A stretch of 64,000 bases of DNA from an uncultured Planctomycetota bacterium (GCA_963737655.1 CAVTTN010000002.1:7296001-7360000), one strand, 5' to 3'; positions 1-10,205 are shown, counted from the first letter of the stretch. Translations and numbers: made by a program. Notes: generated by a model from the letters alone, not told the origin.

Positions 1-2
1 TC

Positions 3-1085
3 GACTTCGATTCCACCGTCGTGGTGAAGCTCCGGGAGGCCGGCGCCATCCTTTGCGCGAAGCTGGCGATGGTCGAGATCGCCGGGGGGATGGGCTACCG
101 CCAGCCCAACGCGAGCCTGACCGGCCCGGGCCTGAATCCCTGGGACCTCTCGAAGTGGAGCGGGGGGAGCTCGTCGGGATCGGGATCGGCCGTGGGGGCG
201 GGGCTCGTCCCGTTCGCCATCGGCACCGAGACCTGGGGATCGATCACCACGCCGAGCAGCTATTGCGGCGTGACCGGGCTGAGGCCGACCTATGGCCGGG
301 TCTCCCGTCACGGCGCGATGGCCCTGGCCTGGACCCACGACAAGATCGGCCCGATGGCCCGTTCGGCGAACGATTGCGGGCTGATCCTCAACGCGATCGC
401 CGGGGCCGATCCCGACGACCCCTCGGCCAGCGAACGGCCCTATCATTATCCGCCGGCCGATTCTCCCGGGCAGCCGTTCCGGCTCGCGATCCTCAAGGAC
501 GGCGTGGCCAATGCCCAGCCCGAGGTGAAGCGGAACTTCGAGAAGGCCCTGGAGACGTTCCGCAAGCTCGGGACCGTGGACGAGGTCGAGCTCCCCGAGG
601 GGCCGTTCGCGGCCGTGGCCTCGACGATCATCTCCGTCGAGTGCGCCTCGGCGTTCGAGGAGATGGTCGCCTCCAACGAGGTCGCGAAGCTCACCGCGCC
701 GGAGGACCGCGTCGGAGGGTTCGCCGACCAGGCGATCCTCGCCACCGAGTACCTCCGCGCCCAGCGAATCCGCGCGAAGCTGGCCAGGACGCTCGACCAA
801 TGGTTCGCCCCGTACGACGCCGTGATCACCGTCCCGACCGGAGGGACCGCCACCCCGGCCGACGGCTCGTTCGGCGGTCGGTTCGGCGCGAAGTCCCTGG
901 GAGGCCCGGGGAACGTCTGCGGGACCCCCGCGATCTGCCTCCCGTCGGGGAAGGACGACAACGGCCTGCCCACGGCGATCCAGATCGACGGCCGGGCCTA
1001 CTCCGAGAATCGCCTGCTCGCCCTGGCGATCGCGTTCCAGGACTCCACCGCCTGGCACCTCGACCGGCCGAAGCTCGATCCCTGA
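3..1085 (+). CDS. Amidase signature family protein (GatA/AtzE-like), 5' truncated by window edge
   Basis: GGSSSGSG, GTETWGSI, GLRPTYGRVSRHG and IGPMARS amidase motifs; frame open to window start. Confidence 0.9.
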   Translation, partial: DFDSTVVVKLREAGAILCAKLAMVEIAGGMGYRQPNASLTGPGLNPWDLSKWSGGSSSGSGSAVGAGLVPFAIGTETWGSITTPSSYCGVTGLRPTYGRVSRHGAMALAWTHDKIGPMARSANDCGLILNAIAGADPDDPSASERPYHYPPADSPGQPFRLAILKDGVANAQPEVKRNFEKALETFRKLGTVDEVELPEGPFAAVASTIISVECASAFEEMVASNEVAKLTAPEDRVGGFADQAILATEYLRAQRIRAKLARTLDQWFAPYDAVITVPTGGTATPADGSFGGRFGAKSLGGPGNVCGTPAICLPSGKDDNGLPTAIQIDGRAYSENRLLALAIAFQDSTAWHLDRPKLDP

Positions 1086-1114
1086 ATCCCTCGTCTCGCG
1101 AAGGGTTTCCGCCC

Positions 1115-2275
1115 ATGACCACCCTCGTCCTGCTCGCCGTCGCCCTGGCCGACCCGATCTCGACGGCCGACCTTCGAGACGCCCTGAAGACCCCCCCCTC
1201 GGCCGAGGCCGCGGCGTCCCTGGCCGCCCGGGTTCGCGAGACCGAATGGGCCCGAGGCGACCTGAAACGGGGGGTTCATCACGTCGAAAATGACCTCGTC
1301 GCGTTCGTGATCGACGCCCCGGGCGCGAAGACGGCCAGAGTCGGCGGCGACTTCGTGATGATCAACCGGGGCCGGGGTCGCGACATGGTCCCCCTGGGCG
1401 ATTCCGGCCTCTTCGCCCTGGTCGAAACGGTCCCTCAGGAGGCCAAATTCGCCTTCCGGTTCGAGGTAGACGGCAAGAAGCTCGGCGGGGCGGCCGTCGA
1501 GATGCCGAAGTGGGCCTATCCGCCCGAGTCGAAGGAAGTTCCGGGTCGAAAGTACGGCGAGTATCGCCCCCTGAAGTTTCGGAGCGAGGTTTTCGGCAAC
1601 AATCGGACCGGCTGGGTCTACGTCCCTGCGGCTTATGATGGCAAGACGCCCGCCGCCGTGATGTTTTTTCAGGACGGCGACGCGTACAAGGGGGAACACG
1701 TCGGCACCGTGGTGGAGAACCTGATCGCCGAAGGAGCGATGCCGATCACGATCGTCGTCGGCCTGAATCCGGGCGTGAACGACGACGGCCGGAGCAACCG
1801 GAGCGTGGAATATGACACCCTGAGCGACAAGTACGTCACGTTCCTCGACCGGGAGGTCTTCCCGAAGCTCAAGGCGGACTTCAAGATCCGCGACGACGCG
1901 GCGGGTCATGCGATCGGCGGTGCGTCCTCGGGCGGGATCTGCGCCTTCACGGCGGCGTGGGAACGGCCGGACCTGTTCGGCCGGGTCCTGTCGCAGATCG
2001 GCAGCTTCACGAACATCCGGGGCGGGAACGTCTATCCCGATCTCGTCCGCAAGGCCGAGAAGAAGCCGATCCGCGTCGTCCTCCAGGACGGCTCGAACGA
2101 CCTGATCAACCGTTTCGGCGACTGGTGGGAGGCGAACCAGAAGATGAACGCGGCGCTTCGGGAGAAGGGCTATTCGGTCGAATTCTTCCAGGACGGCGGG
2201 TTCCACGCCTACTGGTCGGGCGGGCGAGTGCTGCCCGAATGCCTGAAGGCGACGTGGTCGGGCGAGGTGAAGTAG
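1115..2275 (+). CDS. Secreted alpha/beta hydrolase, enterochelin esterase (Fes)-like
   Basis: C-terminal half of ORF 53..2275; ATG 1115 followed by hydrophobic signal; FQDG, NRSVEYD and GGASSGG (GxSxG) nucleophile. Confidence 0.85.
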   Translation: MTTLVLLAVALADPISTADLRDALKTPPSAEAAASLAARVRETEWARGDLKRGVHHVENDLVAFVIDAPGAKTARVGGDFVMINRGRGRDMVPLGDSGLFALVETVPQEAKFAFRFEVDGKKLGGAAVEMPKWAYPPESKEVPGRKYGEYRPLKFRSEVFGNNRTGWVYVPAAYDGKTPAAVMFFQDGDAYKGEHVGTVVENLIAEGAMPITIVVGLNPGVNDDGRSNRSVEYDTLSDKYVTFLDREVFPKLKADFKIRDDAAGHAIGGASSGGICAFTAAWERPDLFGRVLSQIGSFTNIRGGNVYPDLVRKAEKKPIRVVLQDGSNDLINRFGDWWEANQKMNAALREKGYSVEFFQDGGFHAYWSGGRVLPECLKATWSGEVK

Positions 2276-2293
2276 GAAGGCCCGAGGCCGTGA

Positions 2294-2563
2294 TCAGGAA
2301 AGGACGTTCCTGTACCTCCAGCGGACCCAGGCGAGCCGGGCGCGAAGGCGGATCGCCACGAGCCGGCATCGCAACGCCCGGGAGCAGGCCAGGCGGTATT
2401 CGGCCCGGACGATCGCCAGGCGGACCCGGCCCGCCAGGCTCGATCCGAGGCCCGGAGACATCGGCGGCGAGGAGAGGTCGCCGACGACATCCGGGCAAAT
2501 CCTCGCCAGGACGTCGTTCGAGATGATTACCGTGCGCGGGGGGGCCGGAGCGACCTCGATCAT
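2294..2563 (-). CDS. Hypothetical small basic protein (89 aa)
   Basis: ATG 2563 overlaps stop of upstream ORF (ATGA coupling); no recognisable motif. Confidence 0.4.
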   Translation of the reverse strand: MIEVAPAPPRTVIISNDVLARICPDVVGDLSSPPMSPGLGSSLAGRVRLAIVRAEYRLACSRALRCRLVAIRLRARLAWVRWRYRNVLS

Positions 2564-2889
2564 CCGGTCATCGCCTCCGATCGTCGGGCTTCCTGGACCA
2601 GCGCCAGCCCGTAGGCACCCCGGCGCACGTCGCCGATCAGGTACTTCGTCGGGATGATCATCCTCTGGCCGAAGAGGCGGTCCCAGAGCGAACGGCCCAG
2701 GGGCACGACCAACTGGTCGGCCCCGTGCTCGTCGCGCCGGCGACGGACCCGCGACCCCGGAGGGGCCTCCACGACCGCGATCACGGGATCCTGAGGACTC
2801 TCGGGGACGAGCCGGCGCTCCCGGACCGTCACCACGTTGCCCCTCGGATCGCAATACGAGTTGCGAGCGAGATAGACTGGGAACGTCAT
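2560..2889 (-). CDS. Hypothetical protein (109 aa)
   Basis: Natural-looking composition, ATG start, less GC-rich promoter-like region upstream (about 2940-3005). Confidence 0.55.
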   Translation of the reverse strand: MTFPVYLARNSYCDPRGNVVTVRERRLVPESPQDPVIAVVEAPPGSRVRRRRDEHGADQLVVPLGRSLWDRLFGQRMIIPTKYLIGDVRRGAYGLALVQEARRSEAMTG

Positions 2890-3070
2890 GCGAACGCATC
2901 CACTGGAAGGCGGCGATCCGCTCCGCGTGATCGCTCGGAGGTGAATTTAAGCGATCCTGGTGCGCGTTTCAAGCACCTAGGTTATCTTTTGTCCAAAGTG
3001 AATCGAGGCACCCGGGAGATGCGCTCGGATCGCTCCTGGGCAGCACTGGCAAGTCTTGGGCCGTCGGGGC

Positions 3071-4348
3071 TCAGTCATCCTCGGATGTGACCGTCTCCGT
3101 GGATGATCCACTTGGTCGAGGTGAGTTCCCGGAGCCCGCAGGCCCCCGGGCGTGGACCTTGTCGGTGGAGATGCCGATCTCGGCCCCGAGGCCGAGCTCT
3201 CCTCCGTCGTTGAATCGGGTCGAGGCGTTGACGACGACCGCCGAGCTATCGACCTCGGCGACGAACCGGCGGGACGCGACGAGGTCGGAGGTCACGATGG
3301 CCTCGGTGTGCCCCGATCCGTGACGGGCGATGTGGGCGATCGCCGAATCGAGCGAGTCCACCACGCCGACGGCCAGGATCAGGTCGAGATACTCGGTGTC
3401 CCAGTCCTCGGGCGAGGCGGGGACCATGTCCGGGACGATCTCCCGGGCCCGGGGGTCGCCGCGGAGCTCGACGTTCGCGGCTCGCAATGCCTCGGCCAGT
3501 CGGGGCAGGAGCCTCGGCGCGATCTCGCGATGGATCAGGAGCGTTTCGGCCGCGTTGCAGACCCCGGGGCGCTGGGCCTTGGCGTTCAGGATGATCTGGA
3601 TGGCCATCGCCTCGTCGGCCCGGCGATCGATGTAGACGTGGCAATTGCCCGAATAGTGCTTCAGGACCGGCATTTTCGCCTCGCTGGCGACCCGTCGGAT
3701 CAGGCTTTCGCCGCCTCGGGGAATCGCCAGGTCGATCCGGTCGGGCATGGCGAGCAGATGGCCCACGGCGTCGCGATCGGTCGTGGCGACGAGGCCGAGG
3801 GCATGGGCCGGCAGGCCGGCGCGGGGCAGGGCGTCGGCCAGGACCCGGTGGAGCGCCCGGTTGGTTTCGATCGCCTCCTTGCCGCCCCGGAGGATCGCGG
3901 CGTTGCCGCTCTTGACGCACAGGGCGGCGGCATCGACGGTCACGTTCGGCCGGCTCTCGTAGATCATGAACACCACGCCCAGGGGGACGCGGACCTGAAG
4001 GACGTCCAGCCCGTTGGGCCTCCGCCCCGATCGCACGACCTCGCCGATCGGGTCGGGCAGGGCGGCGACCTCCAGGAGGCTCGCGGCGATCGTCTCCAGG
4101 CGAGCCCGATCGAGCCGGAGGCGGTCGATGGCCGCCGGGTTCAGGCCGAGACCCGGGCCGGCGGCCACGTCCCGGGCGTTGGCGGCGAGGATCTCGGCGG
4201 ACCGCTCGATCAGGGACCCGGCCGAGTCCCTCAGCCACGCATCCTTGGCCGCCCCGGTGGCGATCGCCAGGGCCCGGCTCGCCGCCTTGGCCCGGTCGGC
4301 CAGCGCCTGGCATTCGTCGCGAAGGGGATCGGCCCCGGGTTCGCTCAT
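3071..4348 (-). CDS. proA: Gamma-glutamyl phosphate reductase; apparent 1-nt deletion near 3143 alters the C-terminus
   Basis: IYESRPNVT, CNAAETLL, HGSGHTEAI, NASTRF, EIGIST; restoring one base gives [24 protein letters not shown]. Confidence 0.95.
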   Translation of the reverse strand: MSEPGADPLRDECQALADRAKAASRALAIATGAAKDAWLRDSAGSLIERSAEILAANARDVAAGPGLGLNPAAIDRLRLDRARLETIAASLLEVAALPDPIGEVVRSGRRPNGLDVLQVRVPLGVVFMIYESRPNVTVDAAALCVKSGNAAILRGGKEAIETNRALHRVLADALPRAGLPAHALGLVATTDRDAVGHLLAMPDRIDLAIPRGGESLIRRVASEAKMPVLKHYSGNCHVYIDRRADEAMAIQIILNAKAQRPGVCNAAETLLIHREIAPRLLPRLAEALRAANVELRGDPRAREIVPDMVPASPEDWDTEYLDLILAVGVVDSLDSAIAHIARHGSGHTEAIVTSDLVASRRFVAEVDSSAVVVNASTRFNDGGELGLGAEIGISTDKVHARGPAGSGNSPRPSGSSTETVTSEDD

Positions 4349-5208
4349 GGGTGACTCTCCCATCCGTGGACGGCTTCCCAGACCTTCAAGGTATCGGCCA
4401 TCGCGGCGACGTCATGGACCCTCGCGACCGCCGCCCCGCCCACGATCGCGGCGAGCGAGGCGGAGGCGGTGGCCACGGCCCGATCGTTCCTCGGCCTCCC
4501 GGTGATCTCGCCGAGGAAGCCCTTCCTCGACACGCCCACCAGCACGACGCATCCCAACGTCGCAAATCGTCCCACGTGCCGCAAGAGCAACAGGTTGTGC
4601 TCGGACGTCTTGCCGAAGCCGATCCCGGGATCCAGCGCGATCCTCTCGCGGGGGATTCCCGCCTTCTCGGCCTCGTCCAGCCTCCGGGCGAGGAAGGAGC
4701 GGACGGCCTCGATCACGTCATCGTACCGAGGATCGTCCTGCATCGTCCTCGGATCGCCGAGCATGTGCATCACGACCACGCCGACGCCGGTCTCGGCCGC
4801 GAGGCGGACCATCGCCGGGTCGGAAAGGCCCGAGATGTCGTTGAGGATCGAGGCGCCCCGGGCGATCGCCTGGCGGGCGACCTCCGGCTTGACCGTGTCG
4901 ATCGAAAGGGGGACGTCCAGCTCCCCGGCGATGGCCTCGACCGCCGGGATGACCCGCCGGAGCTCCTCGGCCAGGGGGACGACCTCGGCGCCGGGGCGGC
5001 TGGACTCGCCCCCGAGGTCCAGGATGTCGGCCCCTTCGGCCGCGAGCTTCCGGGCTCGATCCAGGGCGGAGCCTGGGTCGAGGGCGAGCCCGCCGTCGGA
5101 GAAGCTGTCGGGCGTGACGTTGACGATGCCCATGATCCGGGGCCGCGAACCCGAGACCAGGACGCGGCCCCGGGCCGTCCAGAGGCGGTGGGCGGGAGGA
5201 CGGGTCAT
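4345..5208 (-). CDS. folP: Dihydropteroate synthase
   Basis: MGIVNVTPDSFSDGG, GGESSRPG, DPGIGFGK, SRK, RVHDV. Confidence 0.95.
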   Translation of the reverse strand: MTRPPAHRLWTARGRVLVSGSRPRIMGIVNVTPDSFSDGGLALDPGSALDRARKLAAEGADILDLGGESSRPGAEVVPLAEELRRVIPAVEAIAGELDVPLSIDTVKPEVARQAIARGASILNDISGLSDPAMVRLAAETGVGVVVMHMLGDPRTMQDDPRYDDVIEAVRSFLARRLDEAEKAGIPRERIALDPGIGFGKTSEHNLLLLRHVGRFATLGCVVLVGVSRKGFLGEITGRPRNDRAVATASASLAAIVGGAAVARVHDVAAMADTLKVWEAVHGWESHP

Positions 5209-6833
5209 CGCGAGGACTCCGGCGAGGGGCGGCGCCCGAGCGAGGCGAGCGAGGGGAGGCCCAGGGCCAGGAGCGCGACCACCGGGGCGACTCGAAGTCC
5301 CTCGGGCCGGGCGGCCAGGGCGATCAATCCCGGGCCGATCGGCCGGGCGGCGTCGGTTGGGGTCAGGGGCAGGCTCGCCGCCGAATGCAGGGCGGCCGAC
5401 GCCCCCACGGTCATCCCCACGCCCCGGGCCAGGGCCCACCACCTCGGCCGGGAGACGGTGAACCAGGCCGTCCAGGCCGACGCGCCCAGAGTCCTCGCCG
5501 CCTCGATCTCCTCCCGACGCGGCCCCGACCGCCCCGCCGCCGCCGATCTCGCGAGGTCCGGCACCATCACGATCGTGACCGCCCAGAGCAGGGGGGGCCA
5601 GGGCGAGGCATAGGGATCGAGAAATCTCGCGAGCTCCCGGAGGCCGGACGCCGCCAGCGATCCGCTCCGACCGCTCGCCAGGGATTCCAGCAGGCCCGGG
5701 ACCGCCAGGACGCCCAGGCCGATCCCCAGGGGAGGAATCGCCCGGGGCCAACCGGACAGCCCTCGGAGCCTCGACGGCTCGCCGTCCCTCGCCACGGTCC
5801 AGGCAAGCAGGAGCCCGGCCGCCGCGACCGCCAGCCCGAGAATCACGCCATGGAGCAGGACCGGGATCGAATCGGGATCGAGTAAAGCGGCCCGGACCGA
5901 CTCCCCGAGGGGTCCCGGCCCAACCCCAACCCGGAAGACCAGGCCCGCGACCGGAACGAGCCCGATGGCCGACCATCCCAGGAAGATCAGAGCAGCCCCG
6001 ACGGACGAAAACCCCGAGGACCGGGGGAGGCGTCGAGCGACCCGATCGGGAAGAGGCCAGGAGGGACCGCCCCAGGCCCGGATCAGCCATCGGCCGACCA
6101 CGGCCAGGCCCGCGCCGAGAAGACCCAGGGCCGAGGCGATCGCCAGCGAGTCGCCGTCGGCGACGGCCTGAACCACGCGAAATGCCAGGGTCCGCCGGAC
6201 CCCGAGGATCAGAGGGGCGCCGGGTTCCATCAGGGTCATCACGAAGACCTCGGCCGCCGCTCGGGCCGCCCGGGGCCGGATCAGGGGCCAGGTCCCCTCG
6301 CGAAAGGCCCGCCTCCGAGATGCACCGGCCAGCCTCGCCGCGTCATCCCACGACGGATCGACCCGTTCCAGGGCCCGAGACGCCGCCCTCATCACCCGGG
6401 GGACGCCCCAGGCCAGCTCGGCCCACGCCAGGGCGATCCACGGGACGGCCGGAACGTCGAACACCGGCCGACCGGCGATCCAGCAAAGCAGGCCGAGGGC
6501 CGCGATCACCGGAGGAATCCCCCCCGGGATCGCCGCCAGGCCGCGGAGCGGTCGAAGCCCTGGGAATCGCCCCCGAGAGCCGATCCTCGCCAGGATCGTG
6601 CCCAGGAGCAGCGACCCGGCCGACACTCCGCCCGCCAGGATCAGGCTATTGCGGATCGCTTCCCGGGCCGTGGGGTCGGAGATCGTCAACGCGAGAGGAA
6701 ACGCGGTCAGTCGAGGGGAACCGTCCGGCCCGCGATCGACCATCGCCGAGATCGCCAGGGCCGCGACCGGCCCGACGATCAAGACCGTCACGCACCCGGT
6801 CCAAACTGTCCGCGCAAGTCGACCGAGATCCAT
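5205..6833 (-). CDS. ABC transporter permease, FbpB/ThiP-like with duplicated TM domain, divergent
   Basis: Multiple TM segments; two EAA-like loops (DDAARLAGAS, EAARTLGAS). Confidence 0.75.
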   Translation of the reverse strand: MDLGRLARTVWTGCVTVLIVGPVAALAISAMVDRGPDGSPRLTAFPLALTISDPTAREAIRNSLILAGGVSAGSLLLGTILARIGSRGRFPGLRPLRGLAAIPGGIPPVIAALGLLCWIAGRPVFDVPAVPWIALAWAELAWGVPRVMRAASRALERVDPSWDDAARLAGASRRRAFREGTWPLIRPRAARAAAEVFVMTLMEPGAPLILGVRRTLAFRVVQAVADGDSLAIASALGLLGAGLAVVGRWLIRAWGGPSWPLPDRVARRLPRSSGFSSVGAALIFLGWSAIGLVPVAGLVFRVGVGPGPLGESVRAALLDPDSIPVLLHGVILGLAVAAAGLLLAWTVARDGEPSRLRGLSGWPRAIPPLGIGLGVLAVPGLLESLASGRSGSLAASGLRELARFLDPYASPWPPLLWAVTIVMVPDLARSAAAGRSGPRREEIEAARTLGASAWTAWFTVSRPRWWALARGVGMTVGASAALHSAASLPLTPTDAARPIGPGLIALAARPEGLRVAPVVALLALGLPSLASLGRRPSPESSR

Positions 6834-6954
6834 CGTCCCTCCCCTTCGGGACGATCTTACGCGACTGCGGCCGACTTGGGGACTTCGGTCGTGGCGATCC
6901 CGGCCGTTTTCGGCGACAATTCGGGATGTCCTCCGCACCCTCGGAGACGGCCCG

Positions 6955-7274
6955 ATGCCCTTGCTCGGCCATTTCCGCCCCCTCTGAGACGGACCCACCC
7001 GTGGCGAGCATTCCACGGGGCCTGGGCCGCGGCGATCGCCCGCCTGTTGAATGGGGGCATCTTGCCGGAGGGGTATTACGCCGTGCCGTTCCTCGACCGC
7101 GACGGACCGATCGAGATCGACGTGGCCGCCCTCCGCGATTTCGAGCTGTCAAGGTCCGCCAGGCGGGCGGATCGATGGCCGACTTGGCAAAGATCGCGGC
7201 CCGAGGATGCTTCGAGATTTCAACAAAACCCGGTCCGCGGTTCGGTTCTTGGAGGGGGCATCGGTTCGGGGTAG
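6955..7274 (+). pseudogene. N-terminal remnant of a DUF4058-like planctomycete protein (frameshift at C-run about 6980, truncated)
   Basis: MPLLGHFRP[P]LRRTHPWRAFHGAWAAAIARLLN..LPEGYYA resembles the DUF4058 N-terminus; only about 65 aa look conserved. Confidence 0.6.
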
Positions 7275-7317
7275 ACTTGATTCAGACCACAAGCGGGAAC
7301 CTGATCGGGGACGACGA

Positions 7318-7616
7318 ATGGTGCGGTACAAGGCGGGATTCAAGTATGTCGAGGGCGGCGTTCATGCTCAGGTCCTTGACTTCCCGGCTGCGATTACCTG
7401 CGCCTCCAGCCTGGCGGAGGCCCGCCACCTGCTCGGCATCGCCTTGATCGACGTGGCCGAGGCGGCGATGGAGTCGGGCCTGGCATCCCCATCCCCGATC
7501 CCCAGGCCTTCGACCCCGAGATGGATATCGAAGAGCCGATCTATCTGCATTTGATCGCGAGCGCGGGCGTGGAGGAGGTGCCGACCGAGGCGGCCTCATG
7601 GAGCGCCGGGACCTGA
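7318..7616 (+). CDS. hicB: HicB-family antitoxin (apparent frameshift about 7484)
   Basis: AQVLDFPAAITCASSLAEAR HicB N-domain; one added base continues IPIPDPQAFDPEMDIEEPIYLHL to TGA 7616; overlaps hicA. Confidence 0.75.
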
Positions 7617-7783
7617 TCCGGCACTTGCGCGCCTGCGGATGTCGGCTCCTGAGAGAGGGCCGAGGCCATGCCGTCTGGATCAACCCCGCGAGCGGCAGGC
7701 AGAGCGCGGTCCCTCGTCATCGCGAGATCAACGAGTGCACCGCGAAGGCCATCTGCCGCCAACTCGAGGTCCCGGCAGTCTGA
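7598..7783 (+). CDS. hicA: HicA-family mRNA interferase toxin
   Basis: 61 aa; LIRHL..GC.LLREGRGH and VPRHREI hallmark. Confidence 0.85.
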   Translation: MERRDLIRHLRACGCRLLREGRGHAVWINPASGRQSAVPRHREINECTAKAICRQLEVPAV

Positions 7784-7962
7784 GCGCGGCCCGGGTGGAT
7801 CGCTCGGAGCCTCTGGGCCACGTTTTTTCGAGCTCCGTTGGGCGGGCCTCGGCCGGGCGTCTCGGGCCCGGCTGGGCGGGTTGATGCCTCGCCGACGGAT
7901 CGAGCCTTTGCGAATTCTCCACCCGGATCCCACGTTCGGCACCTCAAAGGGGCGGTTCGCCC

Positions 7963-8844
7963 GTGCGATTCCTCAACATCTCGGTCCTGGCGCTCATGGG
8001 TCTGGTGCTCGGGGCTTCTCTCGGCCTGGCGGCCCTGCGGTTCTCGACGCCGAACGTCGCGAGGGGCTTGCTCCTGCTGGTGTTCGGCCTCTTCGGCCTG
8101 TCGATCCTCGCCGCGGTGAATCGTCGGGGAGCGTCACGCGCCTCCTGGATCGGGTTCGTCGTGATGGGCGGCGGATACCTGGCGCTTTCGTCCGGCTCCT
8201 GGACGCTGGACGAGGCCGAGAGGGAATTCGTCTCCCAAAATGGCGGGACGTCGGGCGGGGCCCGAAGTCCCCTCCGTCGCGAGCCGCCGGGCCTCGGAGG
8301 CTGGCTGGCGACGACCTCGATCCTCGACGCCGTCCGCCGGTCGTTCCAGGCCGAAAACGGCTCGGGATCGCCGATGGATTGGGTCGATCTCTCCTCGTTC
8401 ACCGACCCGGCGAGCTACGCCACCTCGGCCGCCCTGAAACGGCCCCTGGACATGCCGTTCCCGGATTCCACGAGGCTGGATGACGTCCTGAACTACATCC
8501 GGGCCTCGACCCGCGGCGAGAACCTCCCCGAAGGGCTGCCGATCTACGTCGATCCGGCCGGCCTCCGGGAGGCGGGCCAGACGATGTACTCGACGGTCTT
8601 CCTGGAGGCCAAGGGGATGCCCGCCCGCAAGGCCCTCCAACTGATCCTGGCCCAAGTCGGCCTGACCTGCACGGTCGAGGACGGTCTCCTGACGATCACC
8701 AGTCCCTCGCGGGCCTCGGTCGTCGATCGCGTCGAGGCGTTCCGCCGTGTCGGCCACGCCCTGTTCGCAATCGTCTTCGGGATCGTGGGCGGCCTCTCGG
8801 CGAGGTTCATAAGGGGGACGCGCTCGCCGATCGGGGACGACTGA
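7963..8844 (+). CDS. Membrane protein with STN-like module
   Basis: 3 N-terminal TMs and 1 C-terminal TM; internal domain similar to that in ORF 53311..55029. Confidence 0.7.
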   Translation: MRFLNISVLALMGLVLGASLGLAALRFSTPNVARGLLLLVFGLFGLSILAAVNRRGASRASWIGFVVMGGGYLALSSGSWTLDEAEREFVSQNGGTSGGARSPLRREPPGLGGWLATTSILDAVRRSFQAENGSGSPMDWVDLSSFTDPASYATSAALKRPLDMPFPDSTRLDDVLNYIRASTRGENLPEGLPIYVDPAGLREAGQTMYSTVFLEAKGMPARKALQLILAQVGLTCTVEDGLLTITSPSRASVVDRVEAFRRVGHALFAIVFGIVGGLSARFIRGTRSPIGDD

Positions 8845-8861
8845 CCGGGCCGACGCAGTCC

Positions 8862-10205
8862 TTATCGCCCCGCTCCCAGACCGATCGGCCGGGTCCGGCC
8901 TTCGGGCGGCTTGCCCCCGAGGTGCTCGGCGTCTCGGGTCATCTGGAGGAATCCCAGGGCCATCTCGTCCTCGGTCTGCTCGCCCCAGCGGACGTCCCTG
9001 GGCGGGTGGCTGGGGTTGTTCGGGTTCTTGTCCGAGTTGTCGAAGTGCGCGAGCATGTCAATCTTCGTGCCCTTCGGCAGCGCGATCGGCTCGGCGAAAT
9101 CGTAGGTGTCCTGCCAGTTGAAGTCCCACCGATCGACCTGGATCAGCGTGCGTTTGGCGCCGTCGGGCAACGTGGCGACGAGGCGGAAGTCCTTGCCGAG
9201 CCAGTGCATGTGCGGGACCACGGCGGTCATGTGGACGTCGTCGGGCAGCGTGAGCGTGCCCTTGACCTCGTAATTCGCGTCGCCGGCGGGGATGTGGAGC
9301 TCGGGCCGGGCGAGGATTCGGGGCCTCGGCGGGCTGACCAGGCCGCCCCGGAGCTGCTTGTCGATCGGCCCCTTGGCGAAATACAGGGCGATGCTGGTGG
9401 AGTCGGTCTCGACCTTGCCGCTCCGGTGGTAGTGGACCTGCAAGAGGAGGTCCGAGCCGGCCGGGAGCCAGCGGCCCACGCCGTCGGGCAGGGCCTTGGG
9501 CGCCTTGCCCGGGGCCCATCCGCCGATGCCTCCCGACGGGAAGAACGGCAGGCCCGACTTGCTCGACCCGAACCCGCCGAAGCTCTGATAGCCGGGCCCG
9601 GGGTCGGCCTCGTCGAACGCCTTGGCGCGTCCGCCGGTGTCGAAGGCGGCGATCACGTGATGGACGACCTTCGGGTTCCCCGGCCGGAAATCGACCGCGC
9701 GAATCCATCGGCCCTCGGTCAATCCCGTCGGGATCACGAAGATGCGGAGCTCATCGCGGCCGGTGGCGGCCAGGGTGTAGGGCTCGGGCATCTTGATGAC
9801 CAGGTCGGGCTCGCCCAGGGCCCAGTCGGAGCCGAAGTCCCGGGGCGGGGGCGCGTCCTTCGCGTCCCCTTCCGGGCAACCGGCCTCGACCCATCCGGCG
9901 ATCGTGGCGATTTCCTTCTCGGAGAGGATGCGAGGGTCCTTGAACGGGCCGCCCTCGACGGTCGAGGCGTGCCACGGCGGCATCTGGCGAGAGTTGGTGA
10001 CCGTGGCGAGGTCGCCCGCTCGTTTCCTGGCCTGGTCGAACGTCAGGAGCGAGAACGGCGCGACCTGGCCCGGCCGATGGCATTCCTGGCAATGCGTCTG
10101 GAGGATCGGCGCCACCTCCCGATAGAAGGACAACGGCTCGGAGCCGGGCGACGCCGCCACCGCCCCGAACAGGACCGCACCCACCGCCGCGAATCGACCG
10201 ATCAT
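8862..10205 (-). CDS. Secreted cytochrome c / copper type II ascorbate-dependent monooxygenase-like protein
   Basis: Signal peptide, CQECH heme motif, VVHH, LQVHYH, PHMHWLG and DEM copper-ligand-like motifs. Confidence 0.8.
   Translation of the reverse strand: MIGRFAAVGAVLFGAVAASPGSEPLSFYREVAPILQTHCQECHRPGQVAPFSLLTFDQARKRAGDLATVTNSRQMPPWHASTVEGGPFKDPRILSEKEIATIAGWVEAGCPEGDAKDAPPPRDFGSDWALGEPDLVIKMPEPYTLAATGRDELRIFVIPTGLTEGRWIRAVDFRPGNPKVVHHVIAAFDTGGRAKAFDEADPGPGYQSFGGFGSSKSGLPFFPSGGIGGWAPGKAPKALPDGVGRWLPAGSDLLLQVHYHRSGKVETDSTSIALYFAKGPIDKQLRGGLVSPPRPRILARPELHIPAGDANYEVKGTLTLPDDVHMTAVVPHMHWLGKDFRLVATLPDGAKRTLIQVDRWDFNWQDTYDFAEPIALPKGTKIDMLAHFDNSDKNPNNPSHPPRDVRWGEQTEDEMALGFLQMTRDAEHLGGKPPEGRTRPIGLGAGR

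Noticed and set aside
53..1114. N-terminal half of the 740-aa ORF as an amidase-esterase fusion
   Set aside because: Arg/Pro-rich off-frame reading of the amidase; the real esterase starts at 1115.
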